A stretch of DNA of 64,000 nucleotides from Phormidesmis sp. (GCA_965248535.1 CBDFJR010000002.1:1824001-1888000), one strand, 5' to 3'. Positions 40,711 to 52,270 are shown, counted from the stretch's first letter. Program-made: numbers and translations. Notes: generated by a model from the letters alone, not told the origin.

Positions 40711-41781
40711 TTAAGTCAGTGCTGCAATTGACACTCTAGCAGCAATCTGCTGGGCGATCGCTCTCAGGGCTTTAGCCGAGGCACAATCTGGATTGCCAGC
40801 CACGATCGGCACCCCGCTGTCTCCTCCTTCGCGCAGGGGAATCTCTAAGGGCACACATCCCAAAAGCGGCACGTCTAACTCTTTGGCGGTTTTTTCTCCC
40901 CCCGCAGACCCAAAAATGTCGTAGTGACGATCGGGCATATCCGGCGGAATGAAATAACTCATGTTCTCAACAATGCCCAACACCGCAACGCCGAGTTGCT
41001 GAAACATCTTTAAACCTCGCCGAGAGTCCAGCAGCGCCACCGTTTGCGGAGTTGTGACAATCACCACGCCCGCCATCGGCACGGCTTGGGCCATCGTCAG
41101 TTGGGCATCGCCCGTTCCAGGGGGCATATCGACGATCAGATAATCCAAATCGCCCCACTCAACCTGATAGAGAAACTGACGAATCACGCCATTCAGCATC
41201 GGGCCGCGCCAGATCACGGGCTGATCTTTATCGATCAAAAAGCCCATCGAAACGAGTTTGACTCCGTGATTAAACGCAGGTTCAATAATGTCACCATTAG
41301 CCCCTTGACGCACTGTCACCCCTGCCCCTTCTAATCCCAGCATGGTCGGCGCATTGGGGCCATAAATATCGGCATCAATTAAGCCCACTTTTGCGCCCGC
41401 TTGAGCCAGAGCAACGGCAACATTGACCGCCACACTGCTTTTGCCCACGCCGCCTTTGCCGCTAGAGATGGCAATGATATTTTTAACCCCGGCAATGCCC
41501 GTGCGATCGGGCAACGATTTTTGCGACGGCGTTTCGGCAGTCACTTCGACATCAATTTTGTTGACTCCGGGCAGAGTTTTGATCGCCCGTTCGCAATCTT
41601 CGACGATGAACTGACGGAGCGGGCAGGCCGGAGTCGTCAGCACTAGCGTAAAACTAACAGTGCCGTCTTGAATTTTGACATTGCGAATCATGTTCAACTC
41701 CACCAGACTTTTGCGGAGTTCGGGGTCTTGAACGGGTTTAAGAACTTCTAAAACAGACTGGGCATTCAGCGTATCGAGCAT
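40711..41781 (-). CDS. mrp: Mrp/ApbC Fe-S cluster carrier ATPase
   Basis: SGKGGVGKS, DADIYGP, WRGPM, DMPPGTGD. Confidence 0.92.
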   Translation of the reverse strand: MLDTLNAQSVLEVLKPVQDPELRKSLVELNMIRNVKIQDGTVSFTLVLTTPACPLRQFIVEDCERAIKTLPGVNKIDVEVTAETPSQKSLPDRTGIAGVKNIIAISSGKGGVGKSSVAVNVAVALAQAGAKVGLIDADIYGPNAPTMLGLEGAGVTVRQGANGDIIEPAFNHGVKLVSMGFLIDKDQPVIWRGPMLNGVIRQFLYQVEWGDLDYLIVDMPPGTGDAQLTMAQAVPMAGVVIVTTPQTVALLDSRRGLKMFQQLGVAVLGIVENMSYFIPPDMPDRHYDIFGSAGGEKTAKELDVPLLGCVPLEIPLREGGDSGVPIVAGNPDCASAKALRAIAQQIAARVSIAALT

Positions 41782-41874
41782 TGTGTTCTTCACCCCAACA
41801 GCGGCGATCGGACGTTAGCAACGATCTCGATCTTACCGCTAGGGTGGGTCGTCATCGTGGATCAGTGAAATTGC

Positions 41875-42420
41875 TTAGAAATCAAAACAGCGACGATCGG
41901 GCGATGAAGTCTCTACGATCGGGTGCTCAACAGCCTGGGCTAACTCAGACGCAACCCTAGCAGCATAAGGCTTTGTCAACGACCACACCAACGGCGACAG
42001 CCACCCTTGCAGCGTCACCGAATAGGAGACACAGGTTCCTAAAACAGACGACTTAATTTCATAGGTGACTCGTTCTTCGATCCCCGGCAGGGCCAAAATT
42101 CTGACGCTCAAAAGAGATTTATCGTCTACCCGCTCCACAAAAATCCGAATCGGAAGTGGCCCTAAGCGAGTCATCGCTTCATAGATCAGACCGGGTTTTG
42201 CCACCAAGCCGCGAGGGACATTCGTGCTCGACAAAATGGGATGCCAGGACACATCGGCTAGGTCAATAATTTTTTTCCACACGTCATCCACCGATGCGGT
42301 GCTGATCGTCTGATAAGTTCTCGCCAGCGTATATTGCAATCGTCGCCGCTTGCGATGAAGAAATTTAAATGGAAAGTTCGCCATGTTCGACAAATTCAAC
42401 CCCTTCAGCCTATTCAGCAT
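41875..42420 (-). CDS. SRPBCC family protein
   Basis: STASVDDVWKKIIDLADVSWHP, YSVTLQGWLSPL. Confidence 0.7.
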   Translation of the reverse strand: MLNRLKGLNLSNMANFPFKFLHRKRRRLQYTLARTYQTISTASVDDVWKKIIDLADVSWHPILSSTNVPRGLVAKPGLIYEAMTRLGPLPIRIFVERVDDKSLLSVRILALPGIEERVTYEIKSSVLGTCVSYSVTLQGWLSPLVWSLTKPYAARVASELAQAVEHPIVETSSPDRRCFDF

Positions 42421-42867
42421 CGCGATCGCGCTTCTGCAACTCAGCAGGGAATCCCTATCCTAGATGGACAGGCGATCAGGTTACCATCCTCCCCAAGATG
42501 GCTGTTTGCTTTCCCACTTTACGAAAAACCAGAGACTCAAACTGTATCGCGATCGGCTGAAATCTAGAGCTTAAAATCGGAAATCTTGCCCTTCGCTCAC
42601 GAACATTTCACATATTCACAGAAATTAACAGTCGCGCAAACTCGGTTTTATCTAGGAAAAGCCCGGTCTGACTGAGGTTGAGAGGGTTGGATGCGGGCGC
42701 AATTCGCGATAGTCTAAACAAATCTGCTGATTGGGGGAGCTACAGGGCTTCAGTGGCTGAGATCGACGAGACTAGAGCTTCGTCGCCATAGCCGTCTCAA
42801 TAAGCGGGAATAAGGTGCTCCACGTTGCCAACCTCTACTTGAGTTAACTTTCCAGGGATCGCAATTT

Positions 42868-43914
42868 ATGACAGCTTTTTTCACCTCTGAAGCCACCACC
42901 ACGCAGGCTTTTCCCCCCTCTGATTCTCGCGATCGCGTCAGCCAATGGTTCAAAACCCTCCAAGACAAGATCTGTCAGGGTCTAGAACAGGTCGATGGCG
43001 AAGGCACGTTTCAACAAGACAGTTGGGAGCGCGCAGAAGGGGGCGGTGGGCGATCGCGGGTCATGAAAGAAGGCAAAGTCTTTGAGCAAGGCGGAGTCAA
43101 TTTTTCTGAGGTGTGGGGCAAAGACCTGCCGCCCTCGATTCTCGTGCAGCGTCCCGAAGCGGCCGGCCACAGCTTTTATGCCACGGGCACCTCGATCGTG
43201 CTGCATCCCCGCAATCCTTTCGTGCCGACAGTGCACTTAAACTATCGCTATTTTGAGGCCGGCCCCGTTTGGTGGTTTGGCGGTGGCATCGACCTCACGC
43301 CCTACTATCCCTTTGCCGAAGATGCGGCTCACTTTCACAACACCCTCAAGCAAGCCTGCGACGCTCACCACCCAGAATATTACCCAGCGTTTAAGCTTTG
43401 GTGTGATGAATATTTCTATCTAAAACACCGCCAAGAAACTCGTGGCGTGGGCGGCATTTTCTTTGACTATCAGGACAATCAAGGCGTTCTCTATCCAATT
43501 TCTTATCCGGGTTCACAGATGGATACCAAAGCGGCCAACTACAGCAAAGCTGTGGGTGCCGTTAAAGGCCGCAACTGGGAAAACCTATTCTCGTTTGTGC
43601 AGGGCTGCGGCAATGCCTTTTTGCCTGCTTATGTGCCGATCGTTGAGCGCCGCAACGGTTTAGACTACACCGAGCACCAGCGCAACTTTCAACTCTATCG
43701 CCGCGGGCGCTATGTAGAATTTAATCTGGTCTACGATCGGGGCACCATTTTTGGTCTGCAAACCAACGGACGCACCGAATCGATCTTGATGTCTCTGCCG
43801 CCTCTAGTTCGCTGGGAATATGGCTTTCAGCCCCAACCCGGCAGCCCTGAAGCCGAGCTTTATGACACCTTCTTAAAGCCCCAAGACTGGGCAAACTGGT
43901 CAGCCAGCGCTTAA
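42868..43914 (+). CDS. hemF: Oxygen-dependent coproporphyrinogen III oxidase
   Basis: [43 protein letters not shown]. Confidence 0.96.
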   Translation: MTAFFTSEATTTQAFPPSDSRDRVSQWFKTLQDKICQGLEQVDGEGTFQQDSWERAEGGGGRSRVMKEGKVFEQGGVNFSEVWGKDLPPSILVQRPEAAGHSFYATGTSIVLHPRNPFVPTVHLNYRYFEAGPVWWFGGGIDLTPYYPFAEDAAHFHNTLKQACDAHHPEYYPAFKLWCDEYFYLKHRQETRGVGGIFFDYQDNQGVLYPISYPGSQMDTKAANYSKAVGAVKGRNWENLFSFVQGCGNAFLPAYVPIVERRNGLDYTEHQRNFQLYRRGRYVEFNLVYDRGTIFGLQTNGRTESILMSLPPLVRWEYGFQPQPGSPEAELYDTFLKPQDWANWSASA

Positions 43915-43951
43915 GTTTAGGGTGCTCAATCGAGGGTTAATATCTGAAAAA

Positions 43952-44024
43952 AGGAAGCGCGGAAGTCCAAAAATACTCAGATGAACAGCGTCTTCTTGAG
44001 GTATTTTTGATCTCTTGCGCTTCC
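43952..44024. terminator. Long imperfect hairpin after hemF
   Basis: GGAAGCGC...CAAAAATAC...GTATTTTTG...GCGCTTCC. Confidence 0.5.
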
Positions 44025-44204
44025 AGTCGTTTGAAGGTGCTCTAGCCATCTGCTGCGTTAGAGATTCAGAATTTGTGGGCATAAATGAACTGGGTGCCGA
44101 TCGCAGCCAAGTCTGATGCGAGCAGCATCGATTTAGCCCAGCGCTGGCTCAGTCAGACGGCAATTGATGAGTCACCCTAACGGTCTACCGCATGAAAAAA
44201 GCCA

Positions 44205-44594
44205 ATGGTTTACACGGAGCAGCAGGCAATTGACATGGAGCAAATCACGCACATCACCCCAGACGGAACAACCGTCATTATTCTTCAGCCGACGGGCCGC
44301 TTAGATATCACCACTGCCTGGCAGTTTCGATTGAAGCTCCAAGAATGTATCGCCAAATTAAGCCGTCATGTAGTCGTCAATCTGGGTCAGGTTAATTTTA
44401 TTGATAGCTCTGGCTTAACCTCGCTGGTCGCTGGAATGCGCGATGCTGACAAAGTGAGAGGTAGTTTTCGGATTTGCAACGTTCACCCCGAAGCAAAACT
44501 CGTCTTTGAGGTGACGATGATGGACTCGGTGTTTGAGATTTTTGAAACCGAAGCCGAAGCGCTAGAGGGAGTTCCGAAAGGAGTCGCAAGCTAA
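44205..44594 (+). CDS. STAS-domain anti-sigma-factor antagonist
   Basis: GRLDITTA, VNFIDSSGL, VFEVTMMD. Confidence 0.88.
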   Translation: MVYTEQQAIDMEQITHITPDGTTVIILQPTGRLDITTAWQFRLKLQECIAKLSRHVVVNLGQVNFIDSSGLTSLVAGMRDADKVRGSFRICNVHPEAKLVFEVTMMDSVFEIFETEAEALEGVPKGVAS

Positions 44595-44601
44595 AAAACT
44601 C

Positions 44602-45192
44602 CTAATAGGCTTGGCGTTTTGTAAATTCATAAGCACCCAAAATTGCCCCCCACAAGGCCTTGCCTGAGACGGGATCAACGCCTTTGTCGTAGCTCAAAAA
44701 CTTCTCAGCACTCGCGTCAAACCCCAAGGAGACTTGGCGAGTTTCACCCTGGTAGGAGAAGCAGCAGCGCGCATCGGCAGGGGGCAACGCCTTGAAGTGA
44801 CTGCCCTGCAAACCTTTTGTGTGCACCACATTGAGAATGCAGCCTGGCAAAACCTCGATCTGATCTTCGGTGAGAGTTTCTAACAGGTCTGGGTGTTGCC
44901 CGGCCCCGCGAAATGCTGAAGGATTTTTGAACTGATAATATTGCACCTTTAGAGCAGCCTGAGGGTCATTTTCCGTTGCCTGAATGCGGAGTAATCGCTG
45001 GCGGTAGGCTTGATCTAGCTGCAACACATTGGCTTGTTCGGCAAACACGGTGAGACTGTCGTCAGTGAAGAGCTTGACGGGGCGATGCCAGGCTCTCAGT
45101 TGCACAAACCAAGCGGGATCAGCGATCGCTTGTTCTCGATTGTCAAATTCGCCCCCCAGATAGTGAGCGAGCGTGTTGACTAAGGCATTCAT
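44602..45192 (-). CDS. cpcT: CpcT/CpeT phycobilin lyase
   Basis: GEFDNREQA, YRQRLLR, LPGC, SYDKG...WG. Confidence 0.8.
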   Translation of the reverse strand: MNALVNTLAHYLGGEFDNREQAIADPAWFVQLRAWHRPVKLFTDDSLTVFAEQANVLQLDQAYRQRLLRIQATENDPQAALKVQYYQFKNPSAFRGAGQHPDLLETLTEDQIEVLPGCILNVVHTKGLQGSHFKALPPADARCCFSYQGETRQVSLGFDASAEKFLSYDKGVDPVSGKALWGAILGAYEFTKRQAY

Positions 45193-45234
45193 AAAAAATG
45201 GTACGATCGCAACAAGATTTACAATACTGCATCC

Positions 45235-45741
45235 TTGCCGTTTCAGATTCCTCCGCCTGCGATCGCAGACCCCACCTATCTCACTCATCGCCGCTGGATG
45301 ATTCGCGCTTTAGAACTGGCAGAAGCGGCGGGAAGTGAGGGAGATGTGCCAGTTGGGGCCGTGATTGTGAATGCCGCAGGGCAGGTGATTGCCGAAGCCC
45401 AAAATCGCCGAGAGCGTGACCACGATCCAACGGCCCATGCTGAAGTGCTGGCCCTCAGAGCGGCCGGACAGCGGCTCCAAACCTGGCATCTTAATGACTG
45501 CACGCTTTACGTCACGCTAGAACCCTGCCCGATGTGTGCAGGAGCGTTAGTTTTGGCTCGGTTGGGGCTGCTAGTCTACGGGGTTGATGACTTAAAAGCG
45601 GGGGCTGTGCGATCGGTGCTCAATGTGCCCGATAGTGCGGCTTCTAACCACCCGTTGCCTGTGCTGGGCGGCATTTTAGAATCAACCTGTCGTCAGCAAT
45701 TGCAGGACTGGTTCCGCGATCGCCGCAAAAGCTCCAGTTGA
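45235..45741 (+). CDS. tadA: tRNA adenosine(34) deaminase
   Basis: VPVGAV, DPTAHAE, TLEPCPMCAGA. Confidence 0.92.
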   Translation: MPFQIPPPAIADPTYLTHRRWMIRALELAEAAGSEGDVPVGAVIVNAAGQVIAEAQNRRERDHDPTAHAEVLALRAAGQRLQTWHLNDCTLYVTLEPCPMCAGALVLARLGLLVYGVDDLKAGAVRSVLNVPDSAASNHPLPVLGGILESTCRQQLQDWFRDRRKSSS

Positions 45742-45796
45742 GGTTGACAATCTTTACAAAAATCTCTCTCAAATAAGCTGGAGAATTAAACTTGTA

Positions 45797-45868
45797 AGCC
45801 CGTGATCAGGATTGAACTGATGACCTCACCCTTACCAAGGGTGTGCTCTACCACTGAGCCACACGGGC
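45797..45868 (-). tRNA. tRNA-Thr (GGT)
   Basis: Reverse complement GCCCGTGTGGCTCAGTGGTAGAGCACACCCTTGGTAAGGGTGAGGTCATCAGTTCAATCCTGATCACGGGCT. Confidence 0.95.
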
Positions 45869-45931
45869 GTTAGAGATATCATACACGAGAGAAACCCTAT
45901 CTTCTGTCATGTATCTCGTTTAGCCGTGGAA

Positions 45932-46013
45932 TGGGCCGGGTTGGATTTGAACCAACGTAGGCGTAGCCAGCGGATTTACAGTCCGCCCCCATTAACCACT
46001 CGGGCACCGACCC
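45932..46013 (-). tRNA. tRNA-Tyr (GTA)
   Basis: Reverse complement GGGTCGGTGCCCGAGTGGTTAATGGGGGCGGACTGTAAATCCGC...; long variable arm; Tyr-Thr tandem. Confidence 0.95.
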
Positions 46014-46080
46014 ATCACTCCACGGATATAGATAGTAGCACATCATAGGGGACGATTTGCAACAGATTAGCGGAGTTAAT

Positions 46081-47691
46081 TTAAGAACGTCTTTGGCGAA
46101 CCGCATTTACCTGCTGTCGCAACGCTGGCATCAAGAACTGGGTGAGGGTGTGGGCATCGACTCCTAGCTCCGTCCGCTCTTGGGCGGCTAGCATTCCCGC
46201 TTGAGCGTGCCACCAGGCAGAAGCCTGAATTAAATCAACGCCGATCGCGCCTGCCCTTAACTCTTCGCTGGCTTGTTTAGGAAGTTTTGCGATCGCTTGA
46301 GCTACCAGTCCACCCATCAGTCCCGTTAGCACGTCACCACTACCGCCCCGGGCCAACGCTGGAGTGCTGGCTGGGTTAATGCGAGTTGCGCCGTCAGCAT
46401 CGGCAATCACCACCCTTGCCCCTTTGAGCAGCACGATCGCGCCCGTCTGCTGGGCCGCTCTCTGAACGGCGGTCACGCGGCCCTCTGTCAGCGTCAAATC
46501 GGGAAACAATCGCTTAAACTCTCCTAGATGAGGCGTTAGCACCGTCGGAGCTTTGCGGCTCTGCAAGGTGGCGATCGTGCCCTGCTGAGACAGAATATTT
46601 AAGCCGTCTGCATCGAGGACTAATGGACATGGGCTGGCGAGGACTTGCTGGACGATCGCCCTTGCGTCAGCCGTTAACCCTGGGCCACAGGCGATCGCAT
46701 CAAACGAGGTCAGGTCAAGAGACTCAGGAAAAGCGGCGATCGCGCCTGTCGGAGTTTCGGGGCAGCCCACAATCAGCGCCTCAGGGAGTTGAGCAGAGAG
46801 CGCAGGTTTCAGCGATTCTGGGACGGCGATCGACAGCATTCCGACTCCGCTAGCCCGTGCGCCCAAACCCGCTAATAGCGCGCCCCCTGCATAGCGCTGA
46901 GAGCCACAGACCAGCAGCAGATGACCCATCTTATATTTGTGGGTGGTGGGCGGTCGTGAAAGGGGTAGGGCCGTGATCGCAGCCTCAGCCGTGCCGCGTT
47001 GAACCAGAGGATTATCGCCTACCACTGCCAACACATCGGCTAGCGGTAAGCCAAAATCTACTAACTCAGCGTGACCGACGTATTCTAAGGCTTCTTCTTG
47101 CAAAAGTCCGAGTTTCCACAGCCCTAAACAAAGGGTGTGAGTCGCCCGGATAGCCGTCCCTAAAACTTTCCCGGTGTCGGTATGTAAACCAGAGGGCAAA
47201 TCAAGGCTGAGAATTGGCTGATGCCATTGATTAACCTGCTCAATCAGGGCAGCGATCGGGTCAGTCAGCGATCGTTCTAGCCCAAACCCAAACAGCCCAT
47301 CAATCAGCAAATCGCAGGGTTGCAGAACTTCGAGGGACGAATGAGCAGGTATTCCTAAACTCGTGGCGTAGCGCCAATGGCTAGCCGTGAGTTCCTTCAG
47401 GTTAGAAAAAGGACAGCACAGCATCACCTCATAGCCTTTGAAGTGCAACTCACGCGCCACAACTAGCGCATCGCCGCCATTATGCCCTGGCCCGACTAAA
47501 ACGCCGACGCGCTGAGAGGTGGAACGGGGATAAAGGGCAACGATGCGGGATGTGATCGTCAGGGCAACTTTTTCCATCAGAGCCGCGATCGGCATCCCAG
47601 CATCAAAAACGCGAGACTCGATCGCTCGCATTTGCTCTGCCGCCACGATGACGCGCTGAATCTGCTCTAGTCGGTCTTGGGGGGAGATCAC
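46081..47691 (-). CDS. nnr: Bifunctional NAD(P)H-hydrate epimerase/dehydratase
   Basis: GPGHNGGDA, DLPSG, VLDADGL, TPHLGEF, GGSGDVLTG. Confidence 0.9.
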   Translation of the reverse strand: MISPQDRLEQIQRVIVAAEQMRAIESRVFDAGMPIAALMEKVALTITSRIVALYPRSTSQRVGVLVGPGHNGGDALVVARELHFKGYEVMLCCPFSNLKELTASHWRYATSLGIPAHSSLEVLQPCDLLIDGLFGFGLERSLTDPIAALIEQVNQWHQPILSLDLPSGLHTDTGKVLGTAIRATHTLCLGLWKLGLLQEEALEYVGHAELVDFGLPLADVLAVVGDNPLVQRGTAEAAITALPLSRPPTTHKYKMGHLLLVCGSQRYAGGALLAGLGARASGVGMLSIAVPESLKPALSAQLPEALIVGCPETPTGAIAAFPESLDLTSFDAIACGPGLTADARAIVQQVLASPCPLVLDADGLNILSQQGTIATLQSRKAPTVLTPHLGEFKRLFPDLTLTEGRVTAVQRAAQQTGAIVLLKGARVVIADADGATRINPASTPALARGGSGDVLTGLMGGLVAQAIAKLPKQASEELRAGAIGVDLIQASAWWHAQAGMLAAQERTELGVDAHTLTQFLMPALRQQVNAVRQRRS

Positions 47692-47744
47692 GAGAGAAAT
47701 CTTGTGAGGATCTCTTTTAGGCTAACAGGGAAGTAGAGGTCAGT

Positions 47745-48551
47745 TTAACCAAATCGACCGCTCACATAAGCTTGCGTTGCCTGCTCTTGAGGGCTTTGAA
47801 AAATCACTTCGGTGCGATCGTATTCAACGATGTAGCCCGTTCTCTGACCTTTAGCATTGGCTTCGACGTTAAAGAAGGCGGTGCGATCGGAGGCGCGAGA
47901 CGCTTGCTGCATATTGTGCGTCACGATCAGAATGGTGTATTTCTCTTTGAGTTCTTGCAGCAGATCTTCAACTTTGAGGGTTGAGATCGGGTCAAGGGCA
48001 GAGCACGGCTCATCCATCAAAATCACATCGGGCTGAACGGCGATCGCGCGAGCGATGCACAACCGCTGCTGCTGTCCACCTGAGAGGTCAGTTCCCATGG
48101 CTTTGAGCTTGTCTTTGACATCATCCCAAAGCGCCGCTTGCTTGAGAGAGCGCTCGACCAACTCATCCATATCGCCCTTGTAGCCCAACAGCCGCGGGCC
48201 AAACGCAATATTGTCGTAGATGGATTTGGGAAACGGGTTTGGCTTTTGAAACACCATGCCGATCTGTCGGCGCACCTCGACGGGATCAATCTCCGTGGCG
48301 TAGAGATCTTGGTCGTGATAATAAAGCTTGCCGTCAATGTGAAACGACTTGATCAAGTCATTCAAGCGATTAAAGCAGCGCAGCACCGTGCTCTTGCCAC
48401 AGCCCGACGGGCCGATGAAGGCGGTGATGTTGTTTTTAGGAATCTCGATCGAGACATCTCTGACTGCTAAAAAACTGCCGTAATAGATGTTGAGGTTCTC
48501 AGTGCGAAACACCGTCTCGGTTTTACGAGCGCTCTGAATTTCGGAGGTCAT
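47745..48551 (-). CDS. pstB: Phosphate ABC transporter ATP-binding protein
   Basis: [37 protein letters not shown]. Confidence 0.95.
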   Translation of the reverse strand: MTSEIQSARKTETVFRTENLNIYYGSFLAVRDVSIEIPKNNITAFIGPSGCGKSTVLRCFNRLNDLIKSFHIDGKLYYHDQDLYATEIDPVEVRRQIGMVFQKPNPFPKSIYDNIAFGPRLLGYKGDMDELVERSLKQAALWDDVKDKLKAMGTDLSGGQQQRLCIARAIAVQPDVILMDEPCSALDPISTLKVEDLLQELKEKYTILIVTHNMQQASRASDRTAFFNVEANAKGQRTGYIVEYDRTEVIFQSPQEQATQAYVSGRFG

Positions 48552-48649
48552 AATAGTCAGGATGTGTAGGGGTGAACAGGGTTTAAACGCAGACTTGAGA
48601 ATTCGGACAGATCAACGCGATCGACCACTGATAGAGAAGCGCCTTAAGC

Positions 48650-49522
48650 CTATCGCTTTCTAACAATCCAGCGAGACAGAATGCTGGTTACGAGCACCAG
48701 CATCACCAACACCAAAGACCCCACCCACGCTAGCTCTTGCTGGCTTTTATAGGGGGCTGTTGCAAAGTCAAACACCAATCGAGACATTGTGGCTGTGGGT
48801 TCCCAGACCGATCTCACCCAATAGCGACTGGTGGAAGCCGTAAACAAAATGGGCGCGGTTTCTCCGGCTGCCCGCGCAAGGGCCAACATCACCCCGGTGA
48901 TAATAGCCGGAAGCGCCGCCGGAAGCACAATCTGAACCGTGGTTTGAAAGCGAGTTGCGCCCAGCCCGATCGCCGCCTGTCTAAAATCTCTGGGCACAGA
49001 CTCTAGCGATTCGGTGGCCGTCCTGACGATCGTCGGCAGCATCAACACCGCCAAAGCAAACCCACCTGCTACGGCAGAAAAGGTTCCGGTTGAGAGCACC
49101 ACGAGCGCGTAGGCAAATGCGCCAATCACGATCGAGGGCACCCCACTCAACACGTTCGTTAAAAAATTAATCGCCTCTGCCAGCTTTGTATCGCGATAAA
49201 ACTCGGCCAAAAAAATCGCCGCCAGCACCCCAAAGGGAATGCTTAAAACCGAAGCGATTCCGACCGTTAACAGAGTTCCGACGAGGGCGTTTCCAAAACC
49301 GCCTCCGCTCAGACCCGGTGCGGGCGGAAGTTGAGTAAAGACATCAAGGCTAAGACGAGAAGCCCCATTGATCAACACATAAGAGAGCACGGCCACCAGC
49401 GGAATCAGCGCCAGAGCCGCACACGCAAAGGTGACCACCGTCATCACCGATGAAAATAAGGTGCGAGGCGACATCGCCGATCGCGTCATGTTGGGTGCCG
49501 TCGCAATTTCTGAGCTTGCCAT
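48650..49522 (-). CDS. pstA: Phosphate ABC transporter permease
   Basis: LSGVPSIVIG, ARAAGETAP. Confidence 0.93.
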   Translation of the reverse strand: MASSEIATAPNMTRSAMSPRTLFSSVMTVVTFACAALALIPLVAVLSYVLINGASRLSLDVFTQLPPAPGLSGGGFGNALVGTLLTVGIASVLSIPFGVLAAIFLAEFYRDTKLAEAINFLTNVLSGVPSIVIGAFAYALVVLSTGTFSAVAGGFALAVLMLPTIVRTATESLESVPRDFRQAAIGLGATRFQTTVQIVLPAALPAIITGVMLALARAAGETAPILFTASTSRYWVRSVWEPTATMSRLVFDFATAPYKSQQELAWVGSLVLVMLVLVTSILSRWIVRKR

Positions 49523-49593
49523 AGTGAGTTAAGAGATATCAGGGTTTGGGTGCCGAGGGTTTGGATATCAGGCTTGAGTCCGTTTTCTGTTTT

Positions 49594-50544
49594 CTAAAGC
49601 TTGAGGCTAAAGCGGCGCACAATCAGTTCGGCTAGCACATTGACCACTAGAGTCAGCCCAAACAAAATCAAGGCGGCATACATCAGAGACGAGACCTGTA
49701 GCCCTCCAGCTTCGGCAAATTGGTTTGCAAGCAGCGAAGACACCGTGGAACCCTGAGACAAAATTGAGAGATTGATGGAGTTTGAGTTACCAATCACCAT
49801 GGTCACGGCCATCGTTTCGCCCATTGCTCGCCCCAAAGCCAGCATGATGCCGCCCACAATTCCAGAAAAGGCTGCCGGAAGAATCACTTGAAAAATGGTT
49901 TCCCAGCGCGTCGCCCCCAGCCCATAGGCCGCTTGACGAATTTCTGAAGGCACTGCAACTAAAGCATCTCGTGAAATCGCCGCAATGATCGGCAAGATCA
50001 TAATGGACAGAATGATCCCGGCTGCATAGATGCCCGGCCCGGCTGGGGCAGTGCTAAAGAGAGGAATCCAGCCAAAGTTGCTGTTGAGCCAGATGCCAAC
50101 GGGCCTGAGCATGGGGATCAGAACGAAGATGCCCCACAGACCATAGACCACACTGGGGATGGCTGCCAGCAACTCGATCAAAAACACGATCGGCTGCTTA
50201 AGGCGGAGAGGCAAGTAGTCTTCGCTAAGAAACAGGGCTACCCCAATGCCGATCGGGACGGCAATCAGCAAGGCCATAAACGAAGTCACTAGGGTTCCAT
50301 AGATTTGGGTTAAGGCCCCAAAGACTTCATCATTGACGCTCCAGCGAGTGGTGACTAAAAAGCCCAGCCCAAATTTTTCGATCGCCGGAAGGGCATCGGT
50401 GCCGACTCGAAAGGCGATCACCAACAAGACCAACCCGACCCCGATCGCAAACGCCCCGGTAAGCCAAACAAAGCCTTTATCTAAAAAGCGCGATGACTCC
50501 GATCGCTGCGTCGGCATTGCAGTGCGAGAAGTTGACGTAGCCAT
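49594..50544 (-). CDS. pstC: Phosphate ABC transporter permease
   Basis: ELLAAIPSVVYGLWG, GRAMGETMAV. Confidence 0.93.
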   Translation of the reverse strand: MATSTSRTAMPTQRSESSRFLDKGFVWLTGAFAIGVGLVLLVIAFRVGTDALPAIEKFGLGFLVTTRWSVNDEVFGALTQIYGTLVTSFMALLIAVPIGIGVALFLSEDYLPLRLKQPIVFLIELLAAIPSVVYGLWGIFVLIPMLRPVGIWLNSNFGWIPLFSTAPAGPGIYAAGIILSIMILPIIAAISRDALVAVPSEIRQAAYGLGATRWETIFQVILPAAFSGIVGGIMLALGRAMGETMAVTMVIGNSNSINLSILSQGSTVSSLLANQFAEAGGLQVSSLMYAALILFGLTLVVNVLAELIVRRFSLKL

Positions 50545-50615
50545 AAGATCTACCGAAGGGTGAGCAAAATAGAATAAAGGTGAGGAGCAAACCAACCGTG
50601 TGAGAAGGTTGCAGA

Positions 50616-51734
50616 CTATTTAGCCGCTACCTTGATCGTATCCAACGTTGCCGAGATTTTAGTTGCTAATTCGTCAGGCAGAGGAATATAGCCCAACTCG
50701 GTTGCATATTGTTTGCCATCTTTTAAGGCCCAACGCAAGAAACTGGCCATTTCCTTGGCTTTTACAGCGTCTTTGGGTTGCTCATAAAGGAGCATCCAAG
50801 TCAAACTGACGATCGGGTAAGCGTCGGTCTGTTCAGGGTCAGGAACTTGCAGCGCATAGTCAGCAGGCACTTGAATTCCTACGATCGCTTTAGCAGCCGC
50901 ATCGGGTGTGGGAGCCACAAACGTACCCGCTTTGTTTTGCAGGGTGGCGGTTTTTAGCTGAGTCTGTTTGGCGTAAGAATATTCGGTGTATCCGATCGCG
51001 CCTTTGGTCTGCTGAATATTGGCAGAGACCCCTTCATTGCCTTTGGCCCCAGTTCCACCTGACCAGTCAACGGTTTTACCCGATCCGGCTTTCCAGTTTG
51101 GGCAAGCTTTGACGAGATGTTTTGTAAAAATGTCGGTGGTGCCACTGCCGTCAGAGCGGTGAACAAAGGTAATGGGGGTATTTGGCAACGTCACCCCTGC
51201 ATTGTCCTTGGCAATTTTGGGATCGTTCCAAGTTTTGATAGAACCGTCGGTGATGCCACAGAAGGCTTCACGAGACAATTTTAAGTTGTCAACCCCGTCG
51301 AGGTTATAAGCAAACACTACAAACAAACCCGTCGTCGGAACTTGAATCGCGGCACCGCGATCGGCGGGCAATTTGCTGCGCTCATCTGGCTTTAACACCG
51401 CGTCTGATGCGCCAAAATCAACGGTTTGATCTAAAAATCGCTTCACTCCGGCACCACTGCCTACCGAGTCATAGCTGATTTGGACGGTTGGCTTTTGCTT
51501 GTTATATTCTTGAAACCAGCGCTGATAGAGAGGGTTAGGAGCCGTCGCCCCTGCTCCGCTAATAGAAATAGTGGCACCGCCACCGGCCGCGGCAGGGCTG
51601 GCCGTCCCTCCAGTTGGGGCATTAGCTCCGGGAGGAGCAGAGGGCACTTGCGGGGCACACGAAACCAGTCCCAGAGAGAAGGCGATCGCTGGAACTGAAA
51701 ATCTCCAACAGGTTGCACTTAGAGAAAAAGCCAT
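50616..51734 (-). CDS. pstS: Phosphate-binding lipoprotein
   Basis: Lipobox LVSC, GAGAT, SVGSGAG, HRSDGSGTT, GAKGNEG. Confidence 0.93.
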   Translation of the reverse strand: MAFSLSATCWRFSVPAIAFSLGLVSCAPQVPSAPPGANAPTGGTASPAAAGGGATISISGAGATAPNPLYQRWFQEYNKQKPTVQISYDSVGSGAGVKRFLDQTVDFGASDAVLKPDERSKLPADRGAAIQVPTTGLFVVFAYNLDGVDNLKLSREAFCGITDGSIKTWNDPKIAKDNAGVTLPNTPITFVHRSDGSGTTDIFTKHLVKACPNWKAGSGKTVDWSGGTGAKGNEGVSANIQQTKGAIGYTEYSYAKQTQLKTATLQNKAGTFVAPTPDAAAKAIVGIQVPADYALQVPDPEQTDAYPIVSLTWMLLYEQPKDAVKAKEMASFLRWALKDGKQYATELGYIPLPDELATKISATLDTIKVAAK

Positions 51735-51766
51735 AAGTTATGAACGGTCTTGTAAATAACCCTATC

Positions 51767-51799
51767 AGGTTACACCGTGACCTTAAAGACCAGGTTAAG
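51767..51799 (-). promoter_or_regulatory. Possible Pho (SphR) box upstream of pstS
   Basis: CTTAACCT-GGT-CTTTAAGG...GTAACCT on the - strand; only the first repeat fits PyTTAAPyPy(T/A) perfectly. Confidence 0.4.
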
Positions 51800-52270
51800 A
51801 CGAGCAAGAATGTGATTTTAGTGGCTGAAAAGGTTGACAGAAATCAGTTTTTTTAGACTTAAAGTTTTTGGTGGTTAGGGTTTCATTAGATACGGATGTT
51901 CCTTGACACATCAAGATCCGTATCTTGCCCAAAACTTTTTTCTGAGTGAGAGACGGGTAACTTGAGAAGTAGTTTTCATAAAATTTGCAAAACTTATAAC
52001 TTCGTCTTTATGTTTATAGCCTGGTTAAGTTAGAAGCAACAATTTGTAATTAACTCGCTGCGATTTAGATAAGTTTTGACCTCACTTTCTAATAAGAATT
52101 CATGCTTTTATCGCTAGACGAAATGCAGCGATCGTGCTTCTCTTTCAGAAAAGATTCCGTTATAATAATTTGCGAACAAGAGTTCGGCTATAGGTGCTAA
52201 TGAGATTTAGCCGTCTGCTGCATCCAAAGCACTCACCGAGTTCGCCCTCGCATCTGGTTTGGAGATAATC